A stretch of DNA of 64,000 bases from Eledone cirrhosa (Eukaryota): positions 2,480,001 to 2,544,000 of the forward strand of contig OZ024755.1 of the NCBI GenBank assembly GCA_964016885.1, read 5' to 3'. Below, one piece after another: positions 15,731-29,854 of this stretch. The translations under genes and the position numbers were made by a program. The notes below the pieces were generated by a model. The model made no database searches and was not told the origin of the DNA. It worked only from the letters and a program-made list of their open reading frames with translations. The stretch's first letter is position 1. Every line of letters starts with the position of its first letter.

Positions 15731-16904
15731 TGCGTGCGTCTATGTAGATAGGTTGTAAATGGAATGCGTGTGCTATTCCAACTTCCATCATCCGTGTCAT
15801 CATCATTATCACCTTTAATACATTTATCATATTCGTGATAGACATTTTCACATATACACAAATATATATATATATGTATAGGTGTGTATGTGTTTATACA
15901 TTCTCGTACGTATGGGTGTATAATGGGGAGATTAGAAAATACTCGCTTACTTGGATATAGTTTCTATTTGCGTTATAAAACGTACCGAGTGTTCTGTTCT
16001 ACTTTAAGTACAGAACCACCTCAATGCTATCCATCTGCAACACACCCAGTCTATTCTCCCATATTTTCCCATCACCAACAGACACCTTGTCTATTTACTG
16101 CAACGTAGACAGACGTAACACTTTGGAAACACTGGAAGAGCTTGACATTTGCTAATTGTTTTCCTTTGAAGAGTCAGCAATGAATCTCGTGTTAGCCGCA
16201 CCATCAACATTACAATCCCTACCACAACCACCTCCGCCATCATAGCTATATACAGTCTCCATACCCGTCGCCGCTACCATCACCATCACCACCACGGCAA
16301 CCAAAAAAAACAAAAAAAACTATCAGTGATAGCAATAATTTAAATGCTAGCAACATAAACGCCGACTCCTCTACCAATATTTCCACCATTGTAGTTAACA
16401 AGGGAGCAGTACTTTTCCTAATATTACCAGCCACGTGTAAGAGCATTAAATCAGCTCTGTATTATTTTGTGTGACTTCGTCAGAGCAAAAAGAACAGTGG
16501 CTCTCCCCGCATGTGAAAGCATGAGGAGTAGGTAATGTCTGTATTTCTTAAATGGCCAGTCAGATTGTAACATTATGGCCTCTGCTAAAACAGCCAACGT
16601 CCATGTGATAATGGTTAATATTAGCGTTAGCATTCTTGAACAGGTTTAGTCACTTTGACTGGTTGTTGCTTAGTTTCCGTCTATTTAATTTCTCTCACAA
16701 GACATGGGTAGCCAAGTAGCTATCGTAAATAATGTTTATATGGCGCATCATACACTAGAGTTTAACACACATTCACATAATTGCTAAGTAATACTCTGAA
16801 CCCAACATCATATCTACCAGACTCAATCTCTGTTGGAGATTTTTCTATATTTTGATATCGATTAATCGAATAGTTGTCTGTACTTTCGTACCTCAACTAG
16901 GCTG

Positions 16905-16941
<37 letters not shown>

Positions 16942-18379
16942 ATGTATATGTGTGTGTGTTTTGAGAATATGTTTTTATGTTTTTTTATGCTAGATATTAT
17001 AATTGTTGTTCTTTTAACATGAACTTCAGTGCCCTCAGATTGGTTTTTTTTTAGCTCATTCTTTGCATGAGTGTGTGTGTGTCTACATATAAGGAAATAT
17101 CATTAAATTTAAACCTGTTCAATACTGTAATTGCTTTTGTAAGTCAATAATAGTTACAACACCGACAGGTATAGTAGCACACACCTCCAGGCAAACTATC
17201 ATGACGTGTTTTGAGATGGTATGTAAAACATATTTTGAAACATATGTATATAAACGTTCCTATCTGTTCGAGTTTAATAAATAAAACATATCTTCTGTTT
17301 AAGAGTTATCATTGACTGTTTCATTTACTAACATTGTCGATAATGGAAAAAAATCTTTTTTGTAGATATTCAAGAGATAACAAATATGTTATGTTGCGGC
17401 GTTAACTGAGGTTGGGGTGTCATCAATGGGTGAAGAAACATAAGAATGGTTTTGGAAATATATAGGTTTGGTAATAAAACAAAAAACAAAGAGGCGCGAA
17501 CGGAGAGAAAAAAACTAAAGAGAGAGGAAAGAGAAATCTTGAAGACAGCTATTTGAAATGTTTATTCGTTGTAGATTCAATGCGGTGAAGAAAATGTACT
17601 CGAGTTACGTAATATGGTCTTTTTGAAGTGTCTACATCTCCCCAAATACCCAGATCTGATATTTAGATAGCGGTCTTATTTATGTAAGTTTTTGAGATAT
17701 TTCTATTTGTCTTGTGTTCCTATTAAAGTGTTTGCCACATCTATGTGAGAGATGTGATTGCCTATTAATTCAAAGTAGGTGTCCTTTCTATATGAGATTC
17801 AAAAGTAAATGAAAACGAGGTGAGAACACTATCACAGAAGAACGTATATTATTAGTTTTGTTTTTGAGGAGGGTGGGCTCGCAGCCTAACGTATACTTAA
17901 TTTTCTCTTTGAAACTATCAGCTTGTACACACACGTATATATATGGGAGGTATTTGTTTGTGTGTATATATCTATGTATGTATAGAAGGCAAATGAACAT
18001 GTGTTAACTTAGAGACGAAAAGAAACTTATTTATTGAGGATTGTTTTCAAAATGGCTCTATAGTAATATATCTTCATTTCCTCCCTAATCTGAATGGAAT
18101 AGATGCATTTTCTTTGTTTTTTAAAACAGAAAACTGCTATCGTGAAGGAATATATCTCATTTTACAAAAGAAAAATAGGTGTAGAACAACAAACCTACTG
18201 CATGAAATAAAAGCAGACTCGCTCAGGTAGCAGTGTTTTTTCAGTATATATACTGATTTCTTACATACAAAAATACTTTGTGCTATAATATTACGTCCCT
18301 TATATATTCTGAGTCCTTGTTTCATTTAGAAGGATCTAAGTTTTAATCTTGCTGAACATTCTAATACCCATATATCGTA

Positions 18380-18570
18380 ATGATGCCACATACATAACCC
18401 AAACAACATTCTTTGAAGATCGTAAGTGAATTTTATTCGCAGATTTGGTTTCTATTTCTAGCGTGCTGAACGACAATCTATAGGCTCTCTCGTTGGATAC
18501 AGAAAATGTGTACTCACACAATCTGGTGACCTCTGATGGCAACATTGCTGAACCTTCTTCCAAATATTTG
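18380..18570 (-). mobile_element. Possible hAT C-terminal dimerisation-domain remnant
   Basis: EVTRLCEYTFSVSNERAYRLSFSTLEIETK loosely resembles the xxSxAxxERSFSxLxxxKT motif. Confidence 0.3.
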
Positions 18571-21500
18571 GCTCCACTTCAGAGTCAGCACATAGTTATG
18601 GCTTTATTAGCTGCACCCACTTTACAAAGCATATATATATGATCTACATCAGATATTCAGAAATTTCCGAAACTTTACTGCCACACACACATGGCGGTAT
18701 CCTAAAAAATATTTATCTTATTTACAAACACTCAATATCCTTCACATTATAATCCCTAGCGAACATACGAGCTATTGAAATATTCAGTCTTTTATTCTGG
18801 TACTTATTACAAAGGACTCGCCTCATTTGAACTATAAAGATGCGTAGAACCTCCACATAAACCTACCCTAAGCATTCACCTCTTCCCTTGCATCATACAT
18901 TATGTTACACATACCCAACCCACACTGAACACTTAGCTAATCATGTGGAGTTTTTTTGGTTTTCTCAGATATGCATTTATATGTAATTCCTTTCTTAACG
19001 TTTTTTTTTTTTTTCGATTATTTCCGTGCAAAATGTGACAACATTCAGAGTTTTAAGCTAAACCCCATCCTCACCGACCTCAAACACTTTAAAAGAACTT
19101 CAAATGTCATGGTTGCTTCCGAACCTCTGTCAAAAATATAACACATAAAACCAGAACTTTACACCATCACAACCTAAACTTCCACTATAAAAAAATTCCC
19201 AGAGTGATTAAAAACAATTCCTCTTTCTACTTCACCTTTCCCCTCCACAAAATCTCTACTAGTTCAACCACCACCGTCCACACTGTAGCTCTCTATCACA
19301 TTCTCAAATACAAACATCTCAAACAAAATATCATCCCAGTCATCACCCCAGTGTAATATTTCTAAACAGTAGCTCCCTACCTCGCATCAAGTCGTTTTCC
19401 ATTGTTGTTAAGTGACAGAATATGTTTGCTATGACCTCGGAAGGTCATAGATAAATATCACTCTTAATATAAACGGCTCGATGTATGTCGTGGTTCGCCA
19501 GGGGAGATAGAGGCTGGTTAGGGTACACTCCTTTATAGCATTGTATATTTGTCTATGTCTGTCTCTTGTTGTGTATATAAGTGTGTGTGTGTGTCTCTCT
19601 TGTGTATATAAGTGTATGTGTGTGTGTGTGTGTATATAAGTGTATGTGTGTGCTCATATCTGAACCTGTATGCGTCTGTACACAAGCCTTGTGTATACGT
19701 ACGAATGTGTTTATGTGTGAATGTACGTTCGTATGTATATGTAGAAGTGTTTGGTATGTTTCGGTTTCTTATTAATAAGTTATGTAGTTTTTTGAAGTTT
19801 CACGTTAATCTCTCTCTCTCTCTCTCTCTCTCTGTTTTTTTATATATATATATATGTGAGTTTATATATATATATAAACTCGCATATATTTATATATATA
19901 TATATATATACACTTACATATATGTATCATTCTGTGTTCTACTATTCTATGATGACTATTCTAATATTCTCTCCCTCTTTCAGTATATATATATATATAT
20001 GCGTGTGCGTGTGTATGTGTTTCTGTGTATGTATGTGTGTGCATGCGTGTGCATGTATGTGTGCGTGTATGTGTGCGTGTATGTATGTGTGTGTTTCTGT
20101 GTATGTGTGGGTGTAGTGTGTGTTCATATAGAAGTCTGTGTGTATGTATATATACATGTGTGTGTATGTACCTATACATATGCGTGTATATACACACAGA
20201 TGTCTGTGTGTGTATATATATATATATCTACATATACGTCTGTATGTATGTTCTATGATGTCTGCTGTTTACTGGGTGTTATTTCTGCTCGTTAACTTGT
20301 CAAAATGTTTTAACGATGTTACACCATTTCTTCTGATGGGCCTCTCTCTCTCTCACTACGCCTCTTTCTCATTCTCTCTCTCACTTTCTCCCCCTCTCTC
20401 TCCATTTCTCATCTCTTTCTTCCTCTCTCCCTCCCACCCTCTCTCTCCCATCTATCTATGTGTCTGTCTATGTCTCATGATAATTTTACTTCACTCTTTC
20501 TCACTCACTCCCACTCTTTCTCGCTCATTCATTCACTCACTCTCTCCCTCCCTCCCTCCCATCTATCTGTCTCTCTCCCTCCCATCTCTCTCTCTCTCTC
20601 TCTCTCTGTCTCTTTGTAATTCTACTTCACCCAACATCACTTTCACAATTTACATTTATTTGCCTTGATATTTATATGTATTAATGTGTGTGTGTGTGTG
20701 TGTGTGTGCAGTTGCATATAAACATATACACCCACACGCACACATATATATATATATATAAACATATATACATATATATGTATGTCAGTGCGCCTGTATA
20801 CGTGTGTGTATTTGCAAATATATATATATATATAAATTTTAGTACAGCATTGACAAAGCTTTAGTATACGGCCAAGCTAGCGTATATGCATATAAATATA
20901 TATATATATAAATGTTTGTTTGCGTGTGTGTGTGATATGTGTGTCAGTGTATTTGTTTGTAAACATAAGAATTGTTTGTCTTCTGCACTCATATATATCT
21001 CTCTCTAGATAAAAATGAGACATGATGTAGCCAGAGACGTGACAACATAGTAAAAGATCGACCTGGTAACACCTCTCTAATAGATCAAAAGAATCATTTA
21101 GAAATACTGCACCTAAAATATAGTGCAGTACACAACATATTCTGGTTTGGGGACATCAAAATAAAAAAAGCAAACACGATCTGGTCTAGAAATTCATAAT
21201 TTAGTTGAAATTAAGGGTTTTTTTAAAATATATATGAAGATACCAATAGGTAAACCACTAAATAGTTGTTTGCTAATTAGATTCCGAAAATATAGATTTT
21301 TTTTTTTTCTGATTAATATTTTTTTTAAATCGTTGAACAACAACATCAACAACAACAGTATTAAGAGTAATATATGTTTTTCTTCCGAGGTTTCTCCAGC
21401 AATAGGTTTCTAGGTGAAACGTTAATTTGTTTCAGATCAATCTCTGATCTCAGAGGCTGTGTATATCGCGCAGGATTCTGGCAATTCTAATAATTATAGA

Positions 21501-21627
21501 AATGTGGGCCCTGCCAATGATGGCGGGGTTCCCAAGGCTTTTGATGAAAGACGTAAGTCGTTTAGGGATCGTGTCTAGCGCCGCCATTGACACGGCTTCT
21601 GTCTAAATGGTATTCAATTTTGATAAT

Positions 21628-21880
21628 AATAATTGTTTTCTACTTTTGGCACAAGGCCAGAAATTATCCAAGTACATTACTGGTACTTTATTTTATCGAC
21701 CCCGTAAGGATGAAAGCAAAGTTAACCTCGGCGGGATTTGAACTCAGAATGGCAAGGGCCGTAACTACCGATACTGCCAATCAAGCGCTCAATGTTCATA
21801 ATAATAATTGTTTCTGATTTAGGCACACGGCCAGAAATTTTCTGGGAGGGGAAATTCGATTATATCGACCTTAGTGAGTT
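21628..21880 (-). mobile_element. SINE family A tandem pair (short variant plus partial long variant)
   Basis: Reverse complement of core and tail: ttggcacaaggccag..ctggtactttattttatcgaccccgtaaggatgaaag..ggatttgaactcag. Confidence 0.8.
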
Positions 21881-22036
21881 ACAGTTGTTATAAGCTGAAT
21901 AGTGTAGGAAACTGGTAGTTGTATTTTAAACGGTGTGTTCCATTTCAATAAACAGAATTGTACAGCCCCGTTTTCAATGGCAACTATATTGTTACTTGCA
22001 GACTCTAAACTTGAAATTCAGAATAGCCATTATGAT

Positions 22037-22078
<42 letters not shown>

Positions 22079-22084
22079 TCACAT

Positions 22085-22121
<37 letters not shown>

Positions 22122-22419
22122 TACAAAAACATTAAATGTTTAGTCGATATTTTTGTGAAATCAATTGATTTGAGAAACCTCATCGTTTGAAGCTTGATTT
22201 CTACTTGACAAACAAAGCTACTTGAAAAGACAGACGAACGTTCTAGAAAAGTTCTCGACAAAAATATTGATCATGTAGCACAAATATTTCAATTTGCCAA
22301 TATATAAATGAGCTAAGGAGGTGTTCCCACTACCCAAATTGTTCTACGTCTCTTTTGAAGACATATTTCTAGACTTATTAAGAATGTCGTACACCATGAC
22401 TTCCCTTATATGGTTGTGT

Positions 22420-22642
22420 ACATTTACATTGAGTTGCTGAAGGTCAGCAGAAACGTTTAAAGGCTGACCAGGATACTCTCATGGAATGACAAATGGAGAT
22501 TAATTTCTCAACATAGTCCTTGGAAAGAAACAATGCAGTTATTAATAACAAGAGTTGAAATTTATCCATGCATTATTCCACAGCTCTAGCATCAATCCTT
22601 CATAGTCAGCCGCTGAAACTTTCAGCCCCCCCCCCCCTCGTT
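22420..22642 (-). mobile_element. Mariner-like non-autonomous element end
   Basis: Terminus reads ACGAGGGG..GCTGAAAGTT on the minus strand (mariner-type TIR start); homologous to 11648-11900. Confidence 0.6.
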
Positions 22643-23381
22643 TATGAGAATAATCAATTCATTGCCTTACTTTGACGAATGTATACTACTCTTAGATGAA
22701 GCAATAAAGATACATAATGTGGAACAAAAGATTAAGATGAACGCGCTAGGCGCACAAAAAAGAAAAAAACCCTCCCCTGCTGAAAGAAAATGACAAATGC
22801 AAGACAAGATATGGGGCTGTGTGTTAGTTGTGACCACTTCTGTTAGAAAGACCAATACAATACAAATAAATAACAGCAAACAATGTACTAACCATGTACT
22901 TGCATTAATTTCATAAGCGATTTTCTGTTGAAAAGAGATTCTATATTAAATGTTAAACAACTCATTTTCCTCGCGGCTATTTCTACTGTCCGGATATAAT
23001 ACGACGCAGGAAGCCATTAGTTTCTTCACATCCTCACCTCTTGCCTGTTTTGTAACAATGTATGTATAACTAAAACTTCGATACATATGTGTTTGTGTGT
23101 GTTTGTTAGTGTTAGTCTGTCGCGGTCTGCGATTCGTTCGCCGAATCGGTAGGGTGGCTTGCGAGTTGGTTTACTAAAAGTATGTGCGCAAGTTCGTGTT
23201 CGGATGTTTACTCAAGCTTTGTAGACAGATTGGTCTCTCTCTCTCTATATATATATATATATTTATTATTATTATTATTATTCCACAATGCTGCAAGCAA
23301 ACTTCAATACTCTCATATATATATATATATACACATACAATGATATTAAATAAATGGAAACTATATTTATAAAACCATATT

Positions 23382-23443
23382 TATTCTATTATATATATTT
23401 CAAGGGTACCAACAATTTTGGTACGCTATCATCAGATAAAATA
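23382..23443 (-). ncRNA. Type-I hammerhead ribozyme motif (left arm of an inverted repeat)
   Basis: Minus strand: tattttat-CTGATGA-t-agcgtaccaa-aattg-ttggtaccct-t-GAAA-tatata-TA-atagaata; 8-bp stem I, ~10-bp stem II, palindromic stem III. Confidence 0.7.
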
Positions 23444-23506
23444 CAAAATGTTTTATAAATATTTGACATGATCAAAGATAATATACCTTAACGGTTCAAG
23501 TTATCC

Positions 23507-23560
23507 CTGATGATAGTGTACCAAAATATTTGGCACCCTTGAAATATATATAATAGAATA
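23507..23560 (+). ncRNA. Second, inverted hammerhead copy lacking the 5' stem-I strand
   Basis: CTGATGAtagtgtaccaaaatatttggcacccttGAAAtatataTAatagaata is approximately the reverse complement of 23382-23435. Confidence 0.55.
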
Positions 23561-23999
23561 TATATATTAATTAGTATGTGCGTCGTGTGTATACATTATT
23601 TCGGACAACGAGTGAAATATATATGTGAAATTCGACAAGTACTATGGTGATAAGAGACAATGTAGCTCGTGTTATATAGCTCAATGTCCGCCCTCTACAT
23701 CCACATTTATCAGGCATGTCCAAGTTCCTTTCCTTCAAACAGCGTATCTAAGATAACAACATCTATGTTGCTCATGATTTGAGGCAGTGTGCCGTATCTT
23801 GAGGGAAATTTAATCCTTATATCTAGTAGGATGTATTTCCAATTAGTCGAACACCTATGGCCTAAAGTAGGTAGCTTCAGTATCGATTATACTTTCGTAG
23901 CTGTGTAGTAGAGGTCATCCCTGATCCAAGCAGAAATATGATGGAATATTTTGGCAGCTGTTACATTTTATCTTGTCTCAGATATCAAACATAGTGGCT

Positions 24000-24215
24000 T
24001 CTTAATTAGGCCCGAGGCCAACAATTTGTGGTGAGGGGTTCGTCGATTAAATCGACTCCAGTACGTTACTGGTACTTTATTTTATTGACGCCGCAAGGAT
24101 GAAAGGAAAAGCTGACCTCGGCGTAACTATATACATGTATGATAGTTACTAGGGTGTTAAATATATGACACAAAGCATGTTGTCCGATGTTCTACCGTTA
24201 CTGCCAATGTGGGCC
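24000..24215 (-). mobile_element. SINE family A (long variant, interrupted)
   Basis: cgattaaatcgactccagtacgttactggtactttattttattgacgccgcaaggatgaaagg. Confidence 0.75.
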
Positions 24216-24829
24216 TTTCAGATATCAAACATAATGAATCAATGACTCCGTTATCTAAAGTGACCTTAAATTTCTTCAAAGATAACATGGTGTTGTCTGA
24301 AGGATTTTTGGCTGATATATTTGAAGAGTAGAGCGGCGGCTTTTAGATTCCCTCGTTAACAATAAATGTAAAAGAGACGTTCTGATGATCACATTTCGTT
24401 ATCGGAATAGAAGTGGGCGTTTGTAATTAAGATGATGATTGTGATTTCTTATCAATCAAAGCCAGACGCTTCGTAGTCTTTTTCTTGGATCCGTTCCAGG
24501 ATACGTGTGTATACGTGTGAGTATATGTCTGTGTCCGTTTGCGAACTATGTGAATGGTGAAGACATTATGGTATTCGGCCAAAATAAGGTCAGAGGTACA
24601 TTTGACTAGCCTGACCACTCATCAATCTCAGCAAATACTCTTTTATATAGTAACAGCAGCTGTTGTAGTTCTACAACTGCTACTAGTAGTAGTAGTAGTA
24701 ACTGCTATTGTTGTGGTTGTTGGTGTAGAAGTTACTGTTGCTTAATTTCTGGCTTAAACTATCGGTATCAATAACCTATATAATATATTCTTATTATACA
24801 AGACGTGCTGGTTTGTAGAAATAGTAATA

Positions 24830-25450
24830 CATGGTGGTGGTGGTGATGGACGGGTTGAGATGGAAATACTGTTGTTATGGTGATGATAGTGGTGGTGGAG
24901 ATAATAGTAAAGGTGGTGGTGCTGGTGGTGATAGTAGTGGTGGCGCTGGTGATAGTGGTGCAGGCGATTGTGGTAGTCGCGGTGTTGGTGATAGTAGTGG
25001 TGACAGTAGTGGTGGTGGTGGTGATAGTGGTGGTGGTGGTGATAGTGGTGGTGGTGGTGGTGATAGTAGTGGTGGTGATAGTGGTGCTGGTAATGGTGGT
25101 GGTGATAGTAATAGTTACAGTAATAGTGGTGGTAGTGGTGATAGTAGTGGTGGTGGTGCTGGTAATGGTGGTGATAGTAAGAGTGGTGGTGGTGGTGATA
25201 GTGGTGGTGGTGATAGTGGTGGTGGTGGTAATGGTGGTGTAGGTGGTGGTGATAGTAAGAGTGGTGGGGCTGGTGATAGTAGTGGTGGTGGTGGTGATAG
25301 TAGTGGTGGTGGTGGTGATAGTAGTGGTGGTGGTGGTGATAGTAGTGGTGGTGGTGGTGATAGTAGTAGTGGTGGTGGTGGTGGTGGTAATGGTGGTGAT
25401 AGTAACAATAATAGTGTGGTGCTGGTGATAGTAGTGGTGGTAGTGGTGGT
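24830..25450. repeat. (GGT/GAT/AGT)n trinucleotide low-complexity tract
   Basis: Read directly; source of the poly-G/V/H/T/P ORFs. Confidence 0.95.
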
Positions 25451-25776
25451 CTATTGACACTAGTGTGATAACTTAAGAGGATTAAATGTTTAGTACAGCT
25501 AAGAGTATTGTGCATGACTTAGTAATGTCTACGATATGTATGTTGTGCAGCTGGTGGTGGCAGTGGCGAGAGATGCACATTATAGTGTGTATATACAGGT
25601 GCATATATAAGCTGACATATATATGATGCATAAATACGTGATGAGATTTGTCGTATATTTTGTGCAATTCTGAAAGGATATATGACGGACAGATTTATAA
25701 ACAGAAATAACAAAGCAAACGACACAGTAGATTGGAGGAATATATTAGTTTAAAGCTTGAAATAGCAGGAAAAGTG

Positions 25777-25812
25777 TCTCAACGTTTCGGACACTATTCC
25801 TTCATTAGAAGA
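25777..25812 (-). ncRNA. Degenerate hammerhead motif, same family as 7623-7660
   Basis: Minus strand tctt-CTAATGA-a-gga-atagtg-tcc-GAAAC-GTT-gaga; shares tagtgtccgaaacgtt with the 7.6-kb copy; core G5>A. Confidence 0.55.
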
Positions 25813-26061
25813 TAGAGTAAGAAACAGAAAATGAATAGAAAGATAGAGATTGAGAAGAGGAAAGAAAGGGGAGAAAAACGTCGAAGAAAAACATGCGTAT
25901 TCAATCCGCGATAATTATATATATATGTATATATGTATATATGTATGTATATATGTATGTATATATGTATGTATATATGTATATATGTATGTGTGCGTGT
26001 GTAAGTAAATGATTATACGTATTCATATACATTATATTTACGTATAATATATACATATCTA

Positions 26062-26185
26062 GTGAAGGCATGTGACAGTGGTTAGAGAATTGGATTCACA
26101 ATCTTGAGGTTGTGAGTTCGATTCCTGGACCGGGCGATGCGTTATGTCCTTGAGCAAGACACTTTATTTCACGTTGCTCCTTCTA
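26062..26185 (+). mobile_element. tRNA-derived CORE-type SINE family B, 3'-truncated
   Basis: A box (cagtggttag), B box (gagttcgattcc), then CORE-like gtccttgagcaagacactttatttcac. Confidence 0.8.
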
Positions 26186-26539
26186 CCTGGAGTTGCGACC
26201 GATAGATAGTATTAGCAACTGGAAAGACCGACGAAAACATCGTTTCCTCGGTCCGATTTGATGAAAGTCAAACGATATATATATATACATATCTAGTCTA
26301 TTTGTTCTATGTAGGATCCAATGGATCATATGTTCCATATACGGCTTTATTCTGAAATAACTTCTGTAGGTATTGTTGTTCTCACCAGTTAAGTTTGCAA
26401 TAAATGTAAATAAGCATTGGAAGAAATTAAGTTCCTACATGTAAAATTATATAAACTGATATATACCAAGCAATGTATCATTCTTAGATTAGATATATAT
26501 TATAAACCATAATGAAAGAAAGCATATTTTGTTTATAGT

Positions 26540-27240
26540 GTTGACTCTTTGGAAAAGGCGAATAGAAGGCATCAGATTTGACAAAGATGGTCAGCCGCAG
26601 AGATATGGATAAAATTGCTACAGAATTTATATGACTGAATATAATAAGCACCATAAAGTGAATTATGGATCACGGAAAGAGCTTGGAGAAAGAGAACTAA
26701 TATTTTATATTGTCTAAATGACACTGTTTTATTTTGCGGTGAAAGGAGGTTAGCATTCCCTGGTAGTTCTCACCTGATTGTCGATGTTCTTGATGGGAAA
26801 TTTCTGGCTTTCGTTGAACCTTTACATCATTAGGAAACCGTACTTGTAACATATGCAAGAAGGGTCAAGGAAAGCCAAGAAAAAGGTTGTAAGTTAAATC
26901 ACAAAATGAAATTATCTTTGCTCCGTTCTCCTTTTGAAACATCATTTTGAAACTCTGTAAGATCAAGGGCAAAACACTATACAATTCTAGTTGATGCAAC
27001 ACCTGCTTCCACACACGACGAACACATACAAGAAGACCATTTATCATACGTTATCTTCATAGTGTAGATTGTGATATTCAGATTTAAGAAAGATTCCTAT
27101 CTTCTGAAGAGTATGTTGGGGAAATAGTAAGTAACATCGCAAACCTTATCAAATAAAACATTGAATAAAAGTGGCATCCTTTTCAAGGAATACAGAAAGC
27201 CAGGATATGACAATGATGTCAACATCTCATTCAGGTAAGA
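26540..27240 (+). mobile_element. hAT (Tip100/ZMYM-like) transposase remnant
   Basis: Colinear decayed motifs ERRLAFPG..DGKFLAFVE, AKHYTILVDATP, FIIRYL, ERFL, GYDNDVNIS correspond to GLAFRG/NGNFL/FSIxxDxTxD/IRYV/ERFL/GYDxxxNM. Confidence 0.8.
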
Positions 27241-27364
27241 AGGGAACAAATATATTATTACTTAAAGGAATTCTTTCTTTATTTTTTTCACTATGTTGAT
27301 GCCAAACATTAACTTTGGTTTACTGAAGTAGCTACCGAATTTGGAATAATTATTGAAAATATCT

Positions 27365-27715
27365 ATAATGGTTTCCACATTTTGCACAAGGCCAGCAATT
27401 TGAAAGGAAGGGTGAAAGTCAATTAAATCGACCCCAGTGCGTGACTGGTATTTACTCATCGACCCTGTAAGGGTAAAAAGCAAAGCTAACCTCGGCGGGA
27501 TTTGAACTCAGGTCGTAAAGGGCCTTAAAATATCTAACTCTTTCTACTTTTGGCACACGGCCAGCAATTACCCAGTGCATTACTGGTACTTTATTTTATC
27601 GACTCCGAAAGGATGAAAGGCAAAGTTAACTTCGGCGGGATTTAAACTCAGAATGGCAAGGGCAGTAACTCTATGCGTCAAAGCATGGCGTCCGACCCTC
27701 TACCGATACTGACAT
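27365..27715 (-). mobile_element. SINE family A tandem pair (long plus short variant)
   Basis: Two consecutive reverse-complement copies, each with ggcgggattt(g/a)aactcag. Confidence 0.85.
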
Positions 27716-27859
27716 GTACAAGATGCTAATGATTGAAATGTATATCGAGTAATCGGTGATCAACGAGATTTCATTGTATGAAATAATTTGCTTCAAATAT
27801 CAATGGTTCGAAATTGACTCGAGGTTATTTTAACATAGATCATTGGATAACATCAATTG

Positions 27860-27990
27860 AGCCCGGCTGGTCTCGTTTGCGGATCCAGCATAATTAGTTG
27901 TAGACGGCTGCTTTTGACAGGACTGCTGGAAGGAGTGTTTGACGACTTGACCCACGAACCTACCAGGATTAAGGGGTCAAAGAAGAAGAT
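27860..27990 (-). mobile_element. Second copy of the 4030-4150 LINE-associated segment
   Basis: tgcttttgacagga..gctgga.ggagtgtttga.gact..cccacga shared with 4055-4125. Confidence 0.6.
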
Positions 27991-28781
27991 ATTTTGACAT
28001 CTATACCGACACCTAGGACTAGAAATCAAATTACAGGAACCACTAAATATATGTCCTCTTTAAGATTTATATACGAGTGTCGGCTGTAGGGCTCACAGGC
28101 CGACCAAGATGACAATCGTGGATTTAGCAAATTTATTTTTCACCATAGATTTATTTTTCACCATAGTTCCTGGAACAAAACTATGGAGTTATTAATAAGA
28201 AGAATTGGAAATTATGTATGCAAGATTTCACAGCCCTAACGTCATTCCTTCATAATCATCCTATAAACTTGTCAGTCAAGCCTCGTATATGCTATTATTC
28301 TGCTTTAACATAGCAATTACTATCGACATCAATGTCGTAGTATTACAAAGACATGTTAATATTACAGTTGACAATATTAAAATGTTCGTCAATTTGATAT
28401 TCAGCTGACAGAATCTAAACATACCTAATTTTCTGCAAATTGAAATAAAACTATAAGCAGTAGAAAACAGCAAATAAACGTTTCGATGAAAGCCAGTCAT
28501 TCCATGTATATGTCAATGTCGGGCTATCGTAGTCTAACAAAAAGATTTGAAACTGCAAACTCTGTTCATGTTACTTTTCTCTTCTACTGGCAATACTTGT
28601 ATGTCTCGGAAATTCATCTGACTACAATGGCCATATCACTCATAAATAAATGTATGTATGTATATATATATATGCGTATAATTCTATATATAAATATGTA
28701 AAAATATATATGTATATGTGTGTGTATAAATGTGTATATATATATACGTATAATTGTATATATCAATATATAAACATATAT

Positions 28782-28823
<42 letters not shown>

Positions 28824-29068
28824 GTATGTTTATGTGTTTGTGTCTGTTAGGCTGTATCCATAACAATATGCATCATTGCGAGGAAATATGATATAGTGTT
28901 ATATTGTTGTCGTTGATCCGAAGGTCAGTATTGATCGTGCAGATAAACGATGAAAGGTATTCTATCTTCTCCCCGCCAGAAGACTATATTATCCAGAATA
29001 TCCTTTATTTGTACGAGGGTAGGGTGGTCTTAATGTAATTCGACTGATATTCCTAATTTAAGGACTAA

Positions 29069-29405
29069 GGCGCATGGTTTAGTAGTTAGAGCATTGGACT
29101 TGCAATTGAGAGGGTGTGAGTTCGATTCTCGGACCGAGCGATGCGTTGTGTCCTTCAGCAAGACACTTTATTTCACGTTGCTCCAGTTTACTCAGCTGTA
29201 GAAATGGGTTGCGACGTCACTGGTGCCAAGCTGTATCGGTCAGTGCCTTTCCCTTGGACAACATTGGTCGTGTGGAGAGGGGGAGACTGGTATGTATGAG
29301 CAACTGCTGGTCTTCCATAAAAAACAAACTGATCCGGCTTGTGCCTCGGAGGGGAACTTTCTAGGGGCAAAACCAGGGTCATTCGTGACCGAGTGGTGCC
29401 AAAGC
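29069..29405 (+). mobile_element. CORE-type SINE family B, near full length
   Basis: ggcgcatggtttagtagttag (A box), gagttcgattctc (B box), gtgtccttcagcaagacacttta (CORE-like), ~220-bp 3' body. Confidence 0.85.
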
Positions 29406-29431
29406 AATTTAGGGACTGTATAGGCGAAGTC

Positions 29432-29600
29432 ATAGGCGGTGAATTGGTAGAATCATTATAACGACTGATAGAATGGTTTGTAGTATTTGTTAGTGTTCTT
29501 TGCTCTGTGAGTTCAAATCCCACCGGCATCAAATATGCCTTTCATCCTTTCGAGGTCGATAACATAAAGTACCACTCCAGTAATGGTGTAGATTCCTCCT
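29432..29600 (+). mobile_element. SINE family A, diverged subfamily
   Basis: ggcggtgaattggtagaatc..gagttcaaatccc..gcctttcatcctttcgaggtcgataa. Confidence 0.75.
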
Positions 29601-29854
29601 CTACCTCTTTCACACTTTCTATCTCTCACTTTTAATCCTTCTCTGGAGGAAATCTGCTTTGGTCAGACCTGGAGAGAGATGACCAAGAAATTCCGTATAC
29701 GCCGCCCTTTCGACTCCAACAGGAGTTACGACATTCACACACACATAGAAGTCGATCAGGGAGAATCAAGGGAAAAATGAAAAATACTTTAAAATTCGGA
29801 GCATTGTAAGGGTTTAAAGGGGAAGGATATCTTTAAAAATAAAATAAAGATAGA

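Noticed and set aside
21480-21600. Possible CRE endonuclease scrap (also 12600-12690); possible CR1-like ends at 36860-37010 and 38540-38760
   Set aside because: Only vague motif resemblance.
24754-25515. His-, Thr-, Gly- and Pro-rich ORFs (mucin/extensin-like; also 39768-41646)
   Set aside because: Trinucleotide low complexity open in most frames; no unique domain or splice support.
29069-29135. Functional tRNA genes at SINE heads
   Set aside because: A/B boxes are followed by SINE bodies and no complete cloverleaf could be supported.
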